Shown here piece after piece: positions 61,456 to 64,000 of a stretch of DNA of 64,000 bases. Numbering within the stretch: the first letter of the stretch is position 1; each line of letters opens with the position of its first letter. Location of the stretch: NCBI GenBank assembly GCA_016790695.1, contig JAEUOS010000081.1, positions 33,169 to 97,168 on the forward strand. Direction: 5' to 3'. Source of the stretch: Burkholderiales bacterium. GTDB taxonomy: Bacteria; Pseudomonadota; Gammaproteobacteria; Burkholderiales; JAEUOS01. A program made the position numbers and the translations under genes. The notes below the pieces were generated by a model. That model saw only the letters and a list, made by a program, of their open reading frames with translations, searched no databases and was not told where the DNA came from.

Positions 61456-62877
61456 CTAGCGCACGTAGCGCAGTTCGCGTGCCCCGAGCTCGCGCTTCCA
61501 GAGCTCGTGGCCGTCGCCGTCGTGCGCGCGCAGCGTCAGGGTCCGCTCGCCCCACGGGCCGCCGACGTCGATGGTGCAGAAATTGCGCCGCGCGACCAGC
61601 GTGCCGGGCTCGGCCAGCGCCATGTCCTCGGCGGCGCGCGGCGCGTGCGCCCCCGCGGTCAGGGGCGAGCAGGTGAAATCGAACAGCGGATAGGCGTCCT
61701 CGCGCGGCAGCCGCGTGAGCACCGTGTGGTGGCGGTCACCGGAGAGGAACAGCACGCCCGGCACGCGGTTGTCGGCGAGCCACTCGAGGAAAGCGCGGCG
61801 CTCCTCGGCGAAGTGGCTCCATCCCTCGACCTTGGCCGGCACCGTCTTCAGCATCTGGCCGCCTGCGACGATCACGCGGAAGTTCGCCGTCGAGGCGATG
61901 AGCGCGTTCTTCAGCCAGCGCAGCTGCGCCGCGCCCAGCATCGACTTGTGCTCGAGCCCCTGGGCGGCGTCGGCATCGCGGTGGAAGCGGGTGTCGAGCA
62001 GGAAGAAGTCGACGTCGTAGTGGCTGACGACGCGGAAGATGCCCGGCGTGCCCGGCATGCCGCCCGCGCCGTTGGGCCAGTAGCGCCGGAACACCTCGAG
62101 CGCCTCGGCCTTGTAGGTGAAGCTGGCGTTGGCGTCGTTCGGGCCGAAGTCGTGGTCGTCCCAGATCGCGTAGTGGTGCCCGGTCCGCAGCAGCGCCTGC
62201 AGCGAGGGATGGGCACGGTCGCGGCGGTAGCGCGCCGCGATCGCGCCGGGGCTGCCGTAGTCGGCCTCGCGCAGGTAGGTGTTGTCGCCCAGCCAGAGCA
62301 TGAGGTCCGGCCGCGCCTGGGCGATGCGATCGAAGATGCCGTAGCCGCCGCCGTACGGGCCGCCGGGCCGGATCGAGCGGTCGAACGGCGGATCGTTGAC
62401 GTAGGCGCAACTGCCGAAGGCGACGCGAAAATCGCGCGGCTGGTGACCCAGGGCCGGGTTGTACGAGTGATTGCGCCACTGCCACAGACCTTCGGTCCGG
62501 AATGCCGGCGTCTGCGGCAGCCGCGCCTCGCGCGCATCGAGGAGCACGCGATACTGGTAGGTGGTGCCGGGAGCGAGCCCGTCGACGGCGATCTGCGCGG
62601 CGAACTGCGCGCCGGCCTCGAGGCGCACCGCGGCCGTGGCCTTGCGCCTGCCGCCGCCCTCCGGCCAGTATTCGATCCGCGCCGATGCCGGTCCGTCCGC
62701 CTGCAGCCAGATCAGGGTCGAGCGCGCATCGCGATGGCCGGCCATCGGGCCGGCGACAAGGTCTGCCGCCAGCACCGGCCCGGGCGCCGGCGCCAGGCAC
62801 AGCAGCGCCGCCGTGCACAGGGCCGGCGCCAGCCCCGCGCTGCGGCGCGCGTTGGGTCGAGTCCCGGGATCCGCCAT
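61456..62877 (-). CDS. PhoD-family alkaline phosphatase/phosphodiesterase (Tat-exported)
   Basis: Twin-Arg N-terminus ([12 protein letters not shown]), fibronectin-like N-domain, and [17 protein letters not shown] and SGDRH metallophosphatase motifs. Confidence 0.85.
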   Translation of the reverse strand: MADPGTRPNARRSAGLAPALCTAALLCLAPAPGPVLAADLVAGPMAGHRDARSTLIWLQADGPASARIEYWPEGGGRRKATAAVRLEAGAQFAAQIAVDGLAPGTTYQYRVLLDAREARLPQTPAFRTEGLWQWRNHSYNPALGHQPRDFRVAFGSCAYVNDPPFDRSIRPGGPYGGGYGIFDRIAQARPDLMLWLGDNTYLREADYGSPGAIAARYRRDRAHPSLQALLRTGHHYAIWDDHDFGPNDANASFTYKAEALEVFRRYWPNGAGGMPGTPGIFRVVSHYDVDFFLLDTRFHRDADAAQGLEHKSMLGAAQLRWLKNALIASTANFRVIVAGGQMLKTVPAKVEGWSHFAEERRAFLEWLADNRVPGVLFLSGDRHHTVLTRLPREDAYPLFDFTCSPLTAGAHAPRAAEDMALAEPGTLVARRNFCTIDVGGPWGERTLTLRAHDGDGHELWKRELGARELRYVR

Positions 62878-62933
62878 CCCGAAAGCTTACATCGTCGCGC
62901 CACACGCCGGCCGGCGCTGCCGCCGACCGCGCG

Positions 62934-63404
62934 CTACCGGAAGTCGTCGCGCTCCGCGTAGGCCCGGTCGAGACGCGCGCGTGCATCGACCAGGCGCTGC
63001 TCGAGGCCCGCGATGCGCGTGAAGTAGGCGTCATTGAAACGGCGCCCGGTGCGCTCGCCCGGTTGCGGCGCCAGTCCGCTTTCGAGCGCGCGCTGCGCCT
63101 CGCCGAGCATCCGGCTGGCCAGGCGGATCTCCAGCGCGTTGCGGTCGAGCGCCGCGCTGCGCTGGCGCAGCCGCTCGCGCAGCGCCTCGGCCTCGCCGGC
63201 GATCGCCTGCCGGCGGACCTCGATCTCGGCGCGTTCGGCGTCGCTCGCGCGCGGCAGATCCATCGTGCGGATCACCCGCTTGTCGGGCAACGCGCGATCC
63301 GCGTAAGTCACGCGCCCCTCACCGTCCGCCTGCTTGAACACCTGCGTCGCCGCCGCCGGCGCGGCAAGCATCGCGCACCAGCCGGCCAGCACCGCGACCC
63401 GCAT
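62934..63404 (-). CDS. DUF4124-domain periplasmic protein with coiled-coil tail
   Basis: Signal peptide MRVAVLAGWCAMLAAPAAA followed by VFKQADGEGRVTYADRALPD (DUF4124-like). Start chosen at the internal ATG at 63404. Confidence 0.65.
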   Translation of the reverse strand: MRVAVLAGWCAMLAAPAAATQVFKQADGEGRVTYADRALPDKRVIRTMDLPRASDAERAEIEVRRQAIAGEAEALRERLRQRSAALDRNALEIRLASRMLGEAQRALESGLAPQPGERTGRRFNDAYFTRIAGLEQRLVDARARLDRAYAERDDFR

Positions 63405-63467
63405 CGGCCTTCGCGCGCACGCCGGCGAACGAGGGGCCCGCCGGCCATCGATCCTCATGCGTCCTCC

Positions 63468-63983
63468 TCAGATCGCCGGCGCGCCGATGGCGTGGCGCGG
63501 CCCGGCGACCCGGGGCGGCCGGCGGGACATCCGCGGTGCGCGCGGGAGAACCCCGGGCGCACCGGCGCCGAGGGTCAGCGCCGCCACGTCGGCGAGGCGG
63601 AGATCCCAGGCGTCGAGCATTTCCCACAGCAGCAGGGATTCGCCCGCACAGATGCGGCCGTCCGCCCGCACGATCTGCAGGATCAGGCAGGCGATCGCGC
63701 GCCGGGTCGCGGGGTCGTCGATGCGCGCGAGCAGCCGGCGAATCCGGTGCGCATCGACGCTCAGATACGGCCGCGCCTCGCGCGCAGGCGCGTCGCCGCG
63801 CAGTTCGGTGCAGAACGCCGCCGCGACATCAAGAAATTCGCTGCGACCGATGGCGAGCACGTCGAAGGCGCGCAGGCGCTCGAGCAGACCGATCTCCGTG
63901 ACCCCGAAATCGCCGTCCGCCAGCAGGGCCAGCACCGTCAGCCGGGCTGCGGCTCCCTCGGGGGTCCGTTCATTCGATCTCAT
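63468..63983 (-). CDS. Hypothetical protein, TerB-like fold suspected
   Basis: Two ADG-containing helices (LALLADGDFGVTE, IVRADGRICAGE) reminiscent of the TerB family; good coding bias. Confidence 0.5.
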   Translation of the reverse strand: MRSNERTPEGAAARLTVLALLADGDFGVTEIGLLERLRAFDVLAIGRSEFLDVAAAFCTELRGDAPAREARPYLSVDAHRIRRLLARIDDPATRRAIACLILQIVRADGRICAGESLLLWEMLDAWDLRLADVAALTLGAGAPGVLPRAPRMSRRPPRVAGPRHAIGAPAI

Positions 63984-64000
63984 CCGCGGGCTCCTCAGGC

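Overview
Very GC-rich (roughly 70% or more by eye) chromosomal segment. Gene content and order look betaproteobacterial, Burkholderiales-like: pyrG-kdsA-eno-ftsB, mutS, nadE-glnB, aceE, lrp, and four Bug/TctC-type periplasmic binding-protein paralogs. I call 58 protein-coding genes (one truncated at the 5' window edge). I see no rRNA, tRNA, CRISPR array, IS element, integrase or phage genes. Because of the GC content, the six-frame track is full of long Arg/Ala/Pro/Gly-rich antisense ORFs, which I treat as artefacts. The main observation is at 32475-34205. Two track ORFs lie in the same frame, separated by a single TGA inside a ...GMGC-[TGA]-GSC... motif, and a 14-bp stem-loop starts 4 nt after that TGA. 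I read this as a selenocysteine (UGSC-type) protein fused to a domain of unknown function. It leads a tightly packed operon with a paralog of that unknown domain, a thioredoxin-reductase-like flavoprotein (CAWC) and a cysteine-free Asp/Glu-racemase-superfamily protein, and it is divergent from a TRAP transporter. This may be an uncharacterised selenoprotein-dependent redox or reductase system. Secondary points: a TetR-controlled acyl-CoA ligase / crotonase / molybdo-hydroxylase cluster with two large subunits; an unusual operator region there (perfect 22-bp palindrome plus seven tandem 13-15-bp repeats); a Bcp-like peroxiredoxin lacking both catalytic cysteines; a PhyH-dioxygenase/SAF-oxidoreductase/HAD/AlaX operon; and an orphan aceE next to lrp. 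All functional calls come from reading the translations against remembered family motifs. No database search was run.
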